Of a stretch of DNA of 32,000 bases, positions 1 through 7,894 are shown one piece after another. The stretch comes from Microcystis aeruginosa NIES-843 (GTDB lineage Bacteria; Cyanobacteriota; Cyanobacteriia; Cyanobacteriales; Microcystaceae), in the NCBI RefSeq assembly GCF_000010625.1, contig NC_010296.1:3300001-3332000 (forward strand). Reading direction: 5' to 3'. Within the stretch, counting starts at the first letter, position 1, and the number at the start of each line of letters is the position of its first letter. Below the pieces are notes generated by a model, which was not told where the DNA came from, made no database searches, and saw only the letters and a list, made by a program, of their open reading frames with translations. Position numbers and translations under genes: made by a program.

Positions 1-1897
1 TTTCTGGTGGCAATCTCCCGATGGCAGTAAAATTCTTTCCCTCATGTCTCCTCCCAATGTTGCTGGAGTTATGGATACTAACCCAATTATTATGACCGAT
101 CATGCTCTCAATTGGGAACGGCAAACCGGCTTAAAAGAGATTTTTTGGTTGCCTGGTGTTGGCGATCATGGCGGCGGTCCGACTCGTGATATGTTAGAAG
201 TGGCCCAACGTTGGCAAACATCTCCTTTTTTCCCCCAGTTAAAATTTAGCCAAGCAACAACTTATCTGGACAGTCTGGAGACAAGTAATCTCCCTATCTG
301 GGATGATGAATTATATCTAGAATTCCATCGGGGTTGTTATACTACCCACGCCGACCAAAAGGCTTATAATCGTTACTGTGAAATCCTCTTGTATCAAGGA
401 GAATTATGGTCTTCTCTGGCTAATATTTTACTAGAGATTCCCTATCCGAAAGTCGAGATAGAATCCGCCTGGAAAAAGGTTTTATTAAATCAGTTTCATG
501 ATATACTGCCTGGTACTTCTATACCCGAAGTGTTTAGGGATGCCAATCAGTTATGGCAGCAAGTTATCAGCACAGGTGAAGCAATTTTAGATCAAGCTTT
601 ACAAGCAATTGCCACTCAAATTAATTTACCTAATCCCCCCCATCCTCAAGCAAAACCTTTTCTAGTTTTTAATTCTCTTAACTGGGAAAGATCCCAGGTT
701 ATCTCTTTAGCTGTAGAATCTGTAAATTGCTCGGTTTATGACTTAAATAATTGTCTCTGTCCTTCGCAATTATCCCACGACAATCACCTATTATTTCTCG
801 CTGAAAATATTCCTGCTGTGGGTTATAAGTTATTTTGGTTAGTTCCCAATCAGCAAGCAACCGAGAAAAATTTAACTAACTGCCAATTTATTTTAGATAA
901 TGGCTTGCTTAAAGTTACTATTAACTCGGAAACGGGGGATATAGATAGTATATTTGATATAATTAATCAAAAAGAAATCCTGCAAGCTGCGGGGAACCAA
1001 TTACAGGGATTTAAAGATCAAGGGCAATATTGGGACGCTTGGAATATCGATCCGAATTATCAACAATATCCCTTACCTAAAACAGTATTAAAATCGATCG
1101 AATGCTTAGAATGTGGTCCCTTGCGCTGGCAGATTCGCGTGATCAGAAGTTTAGCTGATTCGGAATTTTGTCAAGATTATATCTTAGAAAAAGATTCTCC
1201 TATTCTCCAGATTAAAACTATTGTTAATTGGCAGCAAGAACATACTTTAGTAAAAACCGCTTTTCCTCTTACCCTAAACAGCGATTTTACCACCTATGAA
1301 ATTGCCTGTGGTGCGATCGAGCGTTCCCACGAACCAGAATCACCAAAATGGGAAGTTTACGGTCATAAATGGGCGGATTTAACCGATACAGAGGCAAACT
1401 ACGGGGTTAGTCTTTTAAATAATAATAAATATGGCTATGATGCTACTAACCGGCAACTGCGATTAACTCTGTTGAGAAGTCCCCGATGGCCCGATCCCGA
1501 GGCGGATCTGGGGAAACAAGAATTTACCTATGCAATATATCCCCATCAAGGTAACTGGAAAACGGCGAAAACTGTCCATCACGCTTGGCAGTTAAACTCA
1601 CCTGTCACCGTTGTTTTTATTACTAATTCTTCTCAATCAAACCAGTTGCCACCCGTGGCACAATGGTTAAAATTCTCGGCCGATAACTTAATTTTAATGA
1701 GTTTAAAACAAAGTGAAACATCCTTTCGGGGTTGGGTAATGCGCGTTTATGAATGTCAGGGAGAAAACGCTGTTATTGATTGGCAAAATCAATTACAATT
1801 AACAATAAAAGAATCGATCGACGGTTTAGAAAGAGCGATCGATCCCGTCGAGCAACTTTTTCCTTGGCAGATAGCTACATGGTTATTAAAGAATTAA
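1..1897 (+). CDS. alpha-mannosidase, glycoside hydrolase family 38 (5' end outside window)
   Basis: The frame is open from base 2 ([14 protein letters not shown] precedes the track Met at 44). GH38-like segments are present: [34 protein letters not shown]. Stop TAA at 1895-1897. Confidence 0.85.
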   Translation, partial: FWWQSPDGSKILSLMSPPNVAGVMDTNPIIMTDHALNWERQTGLKEIFWLPGVGDHGGGPTRDMLEVAQRWQTSPFFPQLKFSQATTYLDSLETSNLPIWDDELYLEFHRGCYTTHADQKAYNRYCEILLYQGELWSSLANILLEIPYPKVEIESAWKKVLLNQFHDILPGTSIPEVFRDANQLWQQVISTGEAILDQALQAIATQINLPNPPHPQAKPFLVFNSLNWERSQVISLAVESVNCSVYDLNNCLCPSQLSHDNHLLFLAENIPAVGYKLFWLVPNQQATEKNLTNCQFILDNGLLKVTINSETGDIDSIFDIINQKEILQAAGNQLQGFKDQGQYWDAWNIDPNYQQYPLPKTVLKSIECLECGPLRWQIRVIRSLADSEFCQDYILEKDSPILQIKTIVNWQQEHTLVKTAFPLTLNSDFTTYEIACGAIERSHEPESPKWEVYGHKWADLTDTEANYGVSLLNNNKYGYDATNRQLRLTLLRSPRWPDPEADLGKQEFTYAIYPHQGNWKTAKTVHHAWQLNSPVTVVFITNSSQSNQLPPVAQWLKFSADNLILMSLKQSETSFRGWVMRVYECQGENAVIDWQNQLQLTIKESIDGLERAIDPVEQLFPWQIATWLLKN

Positions 1898-2025
1898 TCT
1901 TCGTGATCTTCAAAAGGATCGCTTAATTCTGCAGCTGGCGGTCCAAAAGCGGTATAAAGAGCTAAAACGGTAATCCCCACCAAAGCGGCAGCGATCGAAA
2001 TACCCAAAATTGTTGCAGTTTCCAT
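1894..2025 (-). CDS. psbN: photosystem II protein PsbN (43 aa)
   Basis: Only the last 43 codons of the 84-aa track ORF are credible. [43 protein letters not shown] fits the conserved PsbN pattern (METAT, LYTAFG, DPFE-HE-D/E). ATG is the reverse complement of 2023-2025. The stop overlaps the mannosidase stop convergently. Confidence 0.85.
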   Translation of the reverse strand: METATILGISIAAALVGITVLALYTAFGPPAAELSDPFEDHED

Positions 2026-2117
2026 AGAATAAAATTTGCTTAGATACAGTCTGTATCTTATCTTAACAAAATATAACCGATCTCGCCGCCGATAGCGATC
2101 GCTAATCGGGCTGGTTG

Positions 2118-2340
2118 AGGGTAAGTGCATCTTAACAATCCTTGACAAAATGAACTTTATGTGAGTTGCCTACCCACGATTCAGACATATTTGAGGAGAA
2201 TTTGCCATCTCAATTGTTAAGCAACAATCGACCAAATAGGTCGAGTTCGTAACTATTCTGATGGACTGGTATCACTGGAAATGCCCACGCGGATCACAAA
2301 ATTGGCCAATTGTCAATAGCGTTTGAGATGCTCTCACCCT
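2118..2340. mobile_element. MITE-like insertion (~220 bp) in the psbN-ccaA spacer of duplication copy 1
   Basis: Absent from the homologous spacer of copy 2 (around 3425). Imperfect terminal inverted repeats AGGGTAAGTGCATCT / AGGGTGAGAGCATCTC. Its right-hand ~47 bp recur in inverted orientation at 23199-23245. Boundaries are approximate. Confidence 0.5.
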
Positions 2341-2403
2341 GGCCCGACAATGTTCTCAAAGGATCAACTAGAATAGCGATCGAACTAAACTAGAAAAATT
2401 ATT

Positions 2404-3057
2404 ATGAAGAAACTCCTACAGGGACTAGAAAGGTTTCAGAGTGGTTATTTTGATGAACATCGGCAATTATTTGAGCAACTCTCCCACGGACAAAAACCGA
2501 GAATCCTGTTTATTACCTGTTCCGATTCCCGTATCGATCCTAACCTAATTACCCAAGCGGAGGTGGGGGAATTATTCGTAATTCGTAATGCGGGAAATAT
2601 AATTCCTGCCTACGGGGCAACCAATGGTGGTGAAGCTGCATCTATAGAATATGCTATCAACGCTCTCGGCATCGAGCAAGTGATTATCTGCGGTCACTCC
2701 CATTGTGGAGCGATGAAAGGTTTGTTAAAATTGCAAAGTCTGGCCGATGAAATGCCTTTAGTTTACAATTGGTTAAAGCAAGCAGAAGCTACTCGACGTT
2801 TAGTTAAGGATAATTATCAAGAACTAGAAGGAGAAGAACTAATCGAGGTGACAGTAGCAGAAAATGTTCTCAATCAGTTAAGTAATTTGCAAACCTATCC
2901 AATTATTCGTTCCCGATTACATCAAGGTAAATTGTCCCTACACGGTTGGATTTTTCGGATTGAAACCGGTGAAGTTTTGGCCTACGATCCCATCCTACAC
3001 GATTTTGTCCCTCCCCAGCGATCGATCCCGTTGAGCAACTTTTTCCTTGGCAGATAG
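2404..3057 (+). CDS. beta-carbonic anhydrase, truncated chimeric duplicate of ccaA (217 aa)
   Basis: Residues 1-204 are nearly identical to the full-length copy at 3502-4350 and keep the zinc-site motifs CSDSR and HSHCG. From base 3018 the ORF reads out of frame into a duplicated mannosidase 3' tail (RSIPLSNFFLGR*). The ~77-aa C-terminal extension is lost. Confidence 0.8.
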   Translation: MKKLLQGLERFQSGYFDEHRQLFEQLSHGQKPRILFITCSDSRIDPNLITQAEVGELFVIRNAGNIIPAYGATNGGEAASIEYAINALGIEQVIICGHSHCGAMKGLLKLQSLADEMPLVYNWLKQAEATRRLVKDNYQELEGEELIEVTVAENVLNQLSNLQTYPIIRSRLHQGKLSLHGWIFRIETGEVLAYDPILHDFVPPQRSIPLSNFFLGR

Positions 3058-3076
3058 CCCCATGGTTATTAAAGAA

Positions 3077-3208
3077 TTAATCTTCGTGATCTTCAAAAGG
3101 ATCGCTTAATTCTGCAGCTGGCGGTCCAAAAGCGGTATCAAGAGCTAAAACGGTAATCCCCACCACAGCGGCAGCGATCAAAATACCCAAAATTGTTGCA
3201 GTTTCCAT
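3077..3208 (-). CDS. second psbN copy with three substitutions (possibly degenerate)
   Basis: Hand translation gives [43 protein letters not shown]. It differs from copy 1 by S10L, L15V and Y24D; the last falls in the conserved LYTAFG. It is intact but below the track's length cutoff. A MITE sits 21 bp upstream of its ATG. Confidence 0.55.
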   Translation of the reverse strand: METATILGILIAAAVVGITVLALDTAFGPPAAELSDPFEDHED

Positions 3209-3229
3209 AGAATAAAATTTGCTTAGATA

Positions 3230-3352
3230 AGCTGTACTGAATTTAAACTGCGTATTGAAAATTTTAGTACAAATGCTAAAACTGCTTCTCCCTGCTCCGC
3301 AGCTCCAGCGCTCCCCTGCAATCTTAACGAGTAATTTAGATAGTCAACAGCT
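3230..3352. mobile_element. MITE (~123 bp) with TA target duplication
   Basis: Copy 1 shows the empty site GCTTAGATA|CAGTCTG. Copy 2 has GA[TA]AGCTGTACTGA...TCAACAGCT[TA]CAGT. Terminal inverted repeat AGCTGT/ACAGCT. A TA duplication is typical of Tc1/IS630-derived MITEs. Confidence 0.6.
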
Positions 3353-3501
3353 TACAGTCTGTATCCTATCTTAACAAGATATAACCGATCTCGCCGCCGA
3401 TAGCGATCGCTAATCTGGCCGGTTGCATTGCTGTTATCTCATGCCCGATAATGCTGAAAGGATCGACTCAATAGCGATCAAACTAAACCAGAAAAATTAT
3501 T

Positions 3502-4350
3502 ATGAAGAAACTCCTACAGGGACTAGAAAAGTTCCAGAGTGGTTATTTTGATGAACATCGGCAATTATTTGAGCAACTCTCCCACGGACAAAAACCGAGA
3601 ATCCTGTTTATCACCTGTTCCGATTCCAGGATCGATCCTAACCTAATTACCCAAGCGGAGGTGGGGGAATTATTCGTAATTCGTAATGCGGGGAATATAA
3701 TTCCTCCCTACGGAGCAACCAATGGTGGTGAAGCTGCATCTATAGAATATGCTATCAACGCTCTCGGCATCGAGCAAGTGATTATCTGCGGTCACTCCCA
3801 TTGTGGAGCGATGAAAGGTTTGTTAAAATTGCAAAGTCTGGCCGATGAAATGCCTTTAGTTTACGATTGGTTAAAGCAAGCAGAAGCTACTCGACGTTTA
3901 GTTAAGGATAATTACAAAGAACTAGAAGGAGAAGAACTAATCGAGGTGACAGTAGCAGAAAATGTTCTCAACCAGTTAAGTAATTTGCAAACCTATCCAA
4001 TTATTCGTTCCCGATTACATCAGGGTAAATTGTCCCTACACGGTTGGATTTTTCGGATTGAAACCGGCGAAATTTTAGCCTATGATCCCATCCTACACGA
4101 TTTTGTCGCTCCCCATAGTAAAATTACCCATCCCGAAGCAGAAGACAATTTACCCTCTAGTCGTCATCTTCCCAATAGTCATCCCTTCAAGATTTCTGAG
4201 GATTATATCCGGACTAATGCGGACGTAAAAAAAGCGACTCCTGCGGTTAATACTGTGGCGAAAAAGAATGGCTCCTCAACCCAAAAACCGGGCTATAATT
4301 ATTTAGATCCCTCCCAAGCTGATCGCATTTATCGCGGTTCGAGAAGTTAA
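3502..4350 (+). CDS. ccaA: carboxysomal beta-carbonic anhydrase CcaA/IcfA, full length (282 aa)
   Basis: Collinear with my recollection of Synechocystis CcaA: FEQLSHGQ-PRILFI-CSDSR-DPNLITQ, VIRNAGNIIPPYG, CGHSHCGAMKGLL, LHGWI-RIE-GE-LAYD. Long C-terminal extension ending QADRIYRGSRS. Confidence 0.9.
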   Translation: MKKLLQGLEKFQSGYFDEHRQLFEQLSHGQKPRILFITCSDSRIDPNLITQAEVGELFVIRNAGNIIPPYGATNGGEAASIEYAINALGIEQVIICGHSHCGAMKGLLKLQSLADEMPLVYDWLKQAEATRRLVKDNYKELEGEELIEVTVAENVLNQLSNLQTYPIIRSRLHQGKLSLHGWIFRIETGEILAYDPILHDFVAPHSKITHPEAEDNLPSSRHLPNSHPFKISEDYIRTNADVKKATPAVNTVAKKNGSSTQKPGYNYLDPSQADRIYRGSRS

Positions 4351-4578
4351 TTAGGGATTAGAGAAATTCTCTAGAGATGTGCTTATTACCGTCTCTAGAG
4401 TGGCAGTTAAGGGCAAGAGCCTTCCCGGTTGATAATGACCGTAATCCGGGACAATCACCCTAACATCTGGTGACAGCATCGGCAAGTCAGCAACGCTCAG
4501 TGTTAGGAAAGCTAATAGCTATTGCTTTTTACTCAAAAAATATGGTATGATGGAAAACTGTCAGTTTTACGAAAGCCG

Positions 4579-4941
4579 ATGAAAACGGAAGAGATTATCA
4601 AATCAATCGAAGCCGAGTATCTCAAGAGCGATCTGCCCATTATCCATGTCGGTGACACGATCCGGGTAGGGGTGCGAATCGTTGAAGGAGATAAAGAGCG
4701 GATTCAGCCCTACGAGGGCATTGTCATCGCCAAACGCCATGGCGGTATCAACGAAACGATTACAGTACGCAAAGTCTTCCAGGGTGTGGGAGTAGAAAGA
4801 GTCTTCCTGCTCCACTCGCCGCGGGTTGCCAGTATCAAGATCATCCGTCGTGGTAAAGTACGTCGGGCGAAACTCTACTATCTGCGCGATCGGGTTGGCA
4901 AAGCCACCAGGGTACAAGAACGTTTCGATCGCCCTCTCTAA
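4579..4941 (+). CDS. rplS: 50S ribosomal protein L19
   Basis: [51 protein letters not shown] is a typical L19. I place the start at ATG 4579; the track's upstream TTG at 4522 adds a non-conserved leader. Confidence 0.93.
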   Translation: MKTEEIIKSIEAEYLKSDLPIIHVGDTIRVGVRIVEGDKERIQPYEGIVIAKRHGGINETITVRKVFQGVGVERVFLLHSPRVASIKIIRRGKVRRAKLYYLRDRVGKATRVQERFDRPL

Positions 4942-5042
4942 AAATTTTCCGGCGACAGCCTAACCAAGAAAGTTGCTCAATCGCCAACAACTACGCTATA
5001 ATAAATAAAGGCCTTAAAAAAGCCAAATAGTTTAGCGAATGG

Positions 5043-5115
5043 GCGCTCTTAGTTCAGTTGGTAGAACGCAGGTCTCCAAAACCTGATGTCGGGGGTTCAA
5101 GTCCTCCAGGGCGCG
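5043..5115 (+). tRNA. trnW: tRNA-Trp (anticodon CCA)
   Basis: Hand-folded cloverleaf. Acceptor GCGCTCT/AGGGCGC with one G-U pair, D arm GTTC/GAAC, anticodon stem CAGGT/ACCTG with loop CTCCAAA, T arm GGGGG/CCTCC with loop TTCAAGT. The 3' CCA is not encoded. It sits in the conserved position upstream of secE-nusG. Confidence 0.9.
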
Positions 5116-5239
5116 TTTGGTAATCACCAAGCCGATAACTGCAAAGGACATGATCTAAATGTCTGGGGGTTAGTGTGGGTTGTCCGGTGAAAATGATAAG
5201 TTAAGGATAGCTTGAGTATCATTTTAAGGAGTAGCGATC

Positions 5240-5476
5240 GTGGCCAAAAAAGAAACCCTAGAAAAAGACACGAGCGACAAGAAAGAGGGAAGCTCCTTTC
5301 AGGTCAAGGAATTCGTCAATGAAAGCAAAGAAGAACTCGCCAAAGTCGTCTGGCCTTCCCGTCAGCAACTTTTGAGTGAATCAGCGGCCGTGATGTTAAT
5401 GGTGACTTTGGTAGCCACTCTCATCTATCTGATCGATAAATTCTTTGCCTGGGGTGCGGGGAAGGTGTTCCCATGA
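5240..5476 (+). CDS. secE: preprotein translocase subunit SecE
   Basis: GTG start 8 nt after AAGGAG (5226-5231). A single C-terminal TM helix (AAVMLMVTLVATLIYLIDKFFAW) follows the conserved VVWPSRQQL. ATGA overlap with nusG. Confidence 0.85.
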   Translation: MAKKETLEKDTSDKKEGSSFQVKEFVNESKEELAKVVWPSRQQLLSESAAVMLMVTLVATLIYLIDKFFAWGAGKVFP

Positions 5477-6090
5477 ATCTAGAAGAAGAACAGTTTCCCG
5501 AAGAAGTCAATCTCAGCAACCTACCGAAAAAACCCCGTTGGTATGCCGTGCAGGTGGCTTCTGGTTGTGAGAAACGGGTCAAAGCTAATTTGGAACAGCG
5601 CATCCACACCCTCGATGTGGCCGATCGCATTCTGCAAGTCCAGATTCCCCAAGCGGCCACCGTCAAAGTCCGCAAGGATGGTTCACGGCAACATGGCGAG
5701 GAAAAAGTCTTCCCCGGTTATGTCCTGATCAAAATGATCATGGATGATGACGCTTGGCAGGTGGTAAAAAACACCCCCCACGTGATCAATTTTGTCGGGG
5801 CCGAACAAAAGCGCCACTACGGACGCGGCCGCGGTCACGTCACCCCGCTACCCTTGAGTATGTCAGAAGTCGATCGCATCTTCAAACAAGCTCAGATTCA
5901 AGAACCCGTCGTCAAAATCAATATGGAAGTTGGCGATCAAATCTTGGTTCTATCTGGTCCATTTAAGGACTTTGAAGGGGAAGTGATCGAAGTTAGTCCC
6001 GAGCGCGGCAAACTCAAGGCCCTGCTCTCCATTTTTGGTCGGGATACCCCGGTCGAATTGGAATTTAATCAAGTCGAAAAACAAAACTAA
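5473..6090 (+). CDS. nusG: transcription termination/antitermination factor NusG
   Basis: RWYAVQVASGCEKRVKANLEQR (NGN domain), FPGYVLIKM, and a C-terminal KOW segment (GDQILVLSGPFKDFEGEVIEV). Confidence 0.95.
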   Translation: MNLEEEQFPEEVNLSNLPKKPRWYAVQVASGCEKRVKANLEQRIHTLDVADRILQVQIPQAATVKVRKDGSRQHGEEKVFPGYVLIKMIMDDDAWQVVKNTPHVINFVGAEQKRHYGRGRGHVTPLPLSMSEVDRIFKQAQIQEPVVKINMEVGDQILVLSGPFKDFEGEVIEVSPERGKLKALLSIFGRDTPVELEFNQVEKQN

Positions 6091-6093
6091 ATC

Positions 6094-6519
6094 ATGGCTA
6101 AAAAAGTCGTCGCAATTATTAAACTAGCTTTACCTGCTGGTAAGGCTAACCCTGCTCCTCCCGTGGGTCCTGCTTTAGGTCAACACGGGGTGAATATTAT
6201 GGCGTTTTGTAAAGATTACAACGCTAAAACCGCCGATCAGGCTGGGATGATCATCCCTGTGGAAATCTCCGTTTTTGAGGATCGTAGTTTTACCTTTGTC
6301 CTCAAAACTCCCCCCGCTTCCGTTCTCATCCGCAAAGCGGCCGGTGTGGAAAGAGGTTCCAACGAACCCAACAAGAAATTTGTCGCCACCATTACCCGCG
6401 ACCAATTACGGGAAATCGCCCAAACTAAAATGCCCGATCTTAACGCTAACGACATCGAAGCGGCCATGAATATTGTGGCGGGAACGGCCAGAAATATGGG
6501 TGTCAAGATCTCAGACTAA
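6094..6519 (+). CDS. rplK: 50S ribosomal protein L11
   Basis: [44 protein letters not shown] is canonical L11. Confidence 0.95.
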
Positions 6520-6574
6520 ATCTTATTTCGGGGAGAAGTTAAGCTTCGTTATTACCCAAGGAGCAACAAATCAG

Positions 6575-7288
6575 ATGGTAAAAAAAGTTTCACGACGTTT
6601 GCGAGATGCCCAGGCTAAGGTAGAAAATAAAGCCTACGAGCCATTAGAGGCACTGACATTATTAAAGGAATTAGCGACGGCGAAATTCGACGAAACCGCC
6701 GAAGCTCATATTCGTTTAGGTATCGATCCTAAATATACCGACCAACAACTGCGGACAACGGTAAGTTTACCCAAAGGAACCGGACGCACGGTGCGAGTAG
6801 CGGTCATTACTCGCGGGGAAAAGGTACAGGAAGCGAACAACGCCGGGGCCGATATCGTTGGTTCGGAAGAATTAATCGAAGAAATCGCCAAGGGGATGAT
6901 GGATTTCGAGGTTTTGATCGCCACCCCCGATATGATGCCGAAAGTGGCTAAATTAGGTCGTCAACTCGGTCCGCGGGGTTTAATGCCTTCACCGAAAGGG
7001 GGAACCGTAACCACGGATTTAACCGGGGCAATCGCTGAGTTTAAAGCGGGTAAATTGGAATTCCGGGCCGATCGCACCGGTATCGTTCACGTTCAATTTG
7101 GTAAAGCTTCTTTTAGTGCCGAGGATCTGTTAGTCAATTTGAAAGCTTTACAGGAAACGGTGGACAGAAACCGGCCTTCCGGGGCCAAGGGGCGTTACTG
7201 GCGCACGGTTTACGTTTCTTCCTCCATGGGGCCATCGATTCAAGTGGATATTAGCGCCCTGCGGGATCTGAAATTAGCAGAAGGTTAA
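6575..7288 (+). CDS. rplA: 50S ribosomal protein L1
   Basis: ATG 6575 lies 11 nt after AAGGAG (6558-6563). [27 protein letters not shown]...[22 protein letters not shown] is canonical L1. The track's longer ORF from 6473 overlaps rplK and is rejected. Confidence 0.95.
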
Positions 7289-7312
7289 TAACAGTTATTT
7301 TTTCTGAAAAAG

Positions 7313-7339
7313 CCTCCAAGTGATTGGGGGTGTTTTTTT
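7313..7339 (+). terminator. rho-independent terminator after rplA
   Basis: Stem CCTCCAA / TTGGGGG (one G-U pair), loop GTGA, followed by TGTTTTTTT. A near copy occurs at 10565-10591. Confidence 0.6.
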
Positions 7340-7408
7340 GGGATTTTATCTATTCTAAGATCATTGATTTTCATTTTTGGGTTCTTCTATAATCAATACA
7401 GCCTGATA

Positions 7409-7590
7409 GGGAGCATCTCACTTACGCGATAAGTAATTATACTTAGCCTAAAAGCCACTCTTAATCGTGTCTTGGAACGAAATAGAGGCTTTTAAAGACT
7501 GCGTACATGGAGAATTAAAACAAGAATTACCCTCGAAAAGCCTATTTTTCCACTAAGTATTTATGCTCATTGCAAAGGTGAGATGCTCCC
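7409..7590. mobile_element. 182-bp MITE with 13-bp TIRs and 8-bp target-site duplication
   Basis: TIR GGGAGCATCTCAC at both ends. Flanked by the direct repeat GCCTGATA (7401-7408 and 7591-7598). By eye it is identical to the reverse complement of 26565-26746. Confidence 0.85.
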
Positions 7591-7667
7591 GCCTGATATT
7601 GTCCTTCTGTTAAATTTGAGGGAACTTGTACGGTTAATTGACCTTCATTGTTAACGAATGCTTCAAC

Positions 7668-7847
7668 TTAAATGGTTTTCATGTTAACATATCTCTCTTC
7701 ATTTTCTCCTATAATTTTAACGGTAGAAGCATCCTTATCGGCTAAAGATCGAGCATACTTTCCTCTGACTGCACTTTTTAAATGAGACTCCGTTAAAACC
7801 TGAGAATAATCATCTAACATTTCATCCTTTATCTTTGAGGGGATCAT
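7668..7847 (-). CDS. small antitoxin-like protein downstream of brnT (59 aa)
   Basis: Hand translation gives MIPSKIKDEMLDDYSQVLTESHLKSAVRGKYARSLADKDASTVKIIGENEERYVNMKTI*. Its ATG overlaps the reconstructed brnT stop (ATGA), as in toxin-antitoxin pairs. Family not recognised with confidence. Confidence 0.45.
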   Translation of the reverse strand: MIPSKIKDEMLDDYSQVLTESHLKSAVRGKYARSLADKDASTVKIIGENEERYVNMKTI

Positions 7848-7894
7848 TGATTACTTTGTTCGTAGATTTTTCTTTCATGTTTAGTTACTCTCCT
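7844..7894 (-). pseudogene. 3' fragment of the brnT-type toxin gene split by the IS
   Basis: Joined to 9885-10139 after removing the IS, it restores ...IRIISARRVTKHERKIYEQSNQ*, the usual BrnT/DUF497 C-terminus. Confidence 0.7.

Larger units (their letters stand above)
1835..4115. repeat. diverged tandem duplication: unit 1 = 1835-3017, unit 2 = 3018-4115
   Basis: Each unit holds the mannosidase 3' tail, psbN, a spacer and the first ~614 bp of ccaA. The junction lies between 3017 and 3018, where ...CTCCCCA joins GCGATCGATCCCG. By eye there are about 20 substitutions across the ccaA part. The two units carry different MITE insertions. Confidence 0.85.

Noticed and set aside
2026-2148. N-terminal 41 codons of the 84-aa track ORF ([41 protein letters not shown])
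   Set aside because: Arg/Tyr-rich read-through of the psbN upstream region. PsbN is a ~43-aa protein starting at METAT, so the extension is not credible.
4351-4578. Possible structured leader or terminator between ccaA and rplS (two CTCTAGAG palindromes; CCTAACA...TGTTAGG stem)
   Set aside because: The stems are short and no U-tract follows. I cannot assign it to a known ribosomal-protein leader family from sequence alone.
4603-7000. Track ORFs antisense to or out of frame with rplS, nusG, rplK and rplA (4603-4917, 5421-5675, 5543-5728, 5754-5966, 6175-6405, 6237-6506, 6275-6469, 6706-6924)
   Set aside because: Each lies fully inside a highly conserved ribosomal or NusG gene. Their compositions are biased (Arg/Ser/Pro-rich), which is typical of shadow frames in GC-richer genes.
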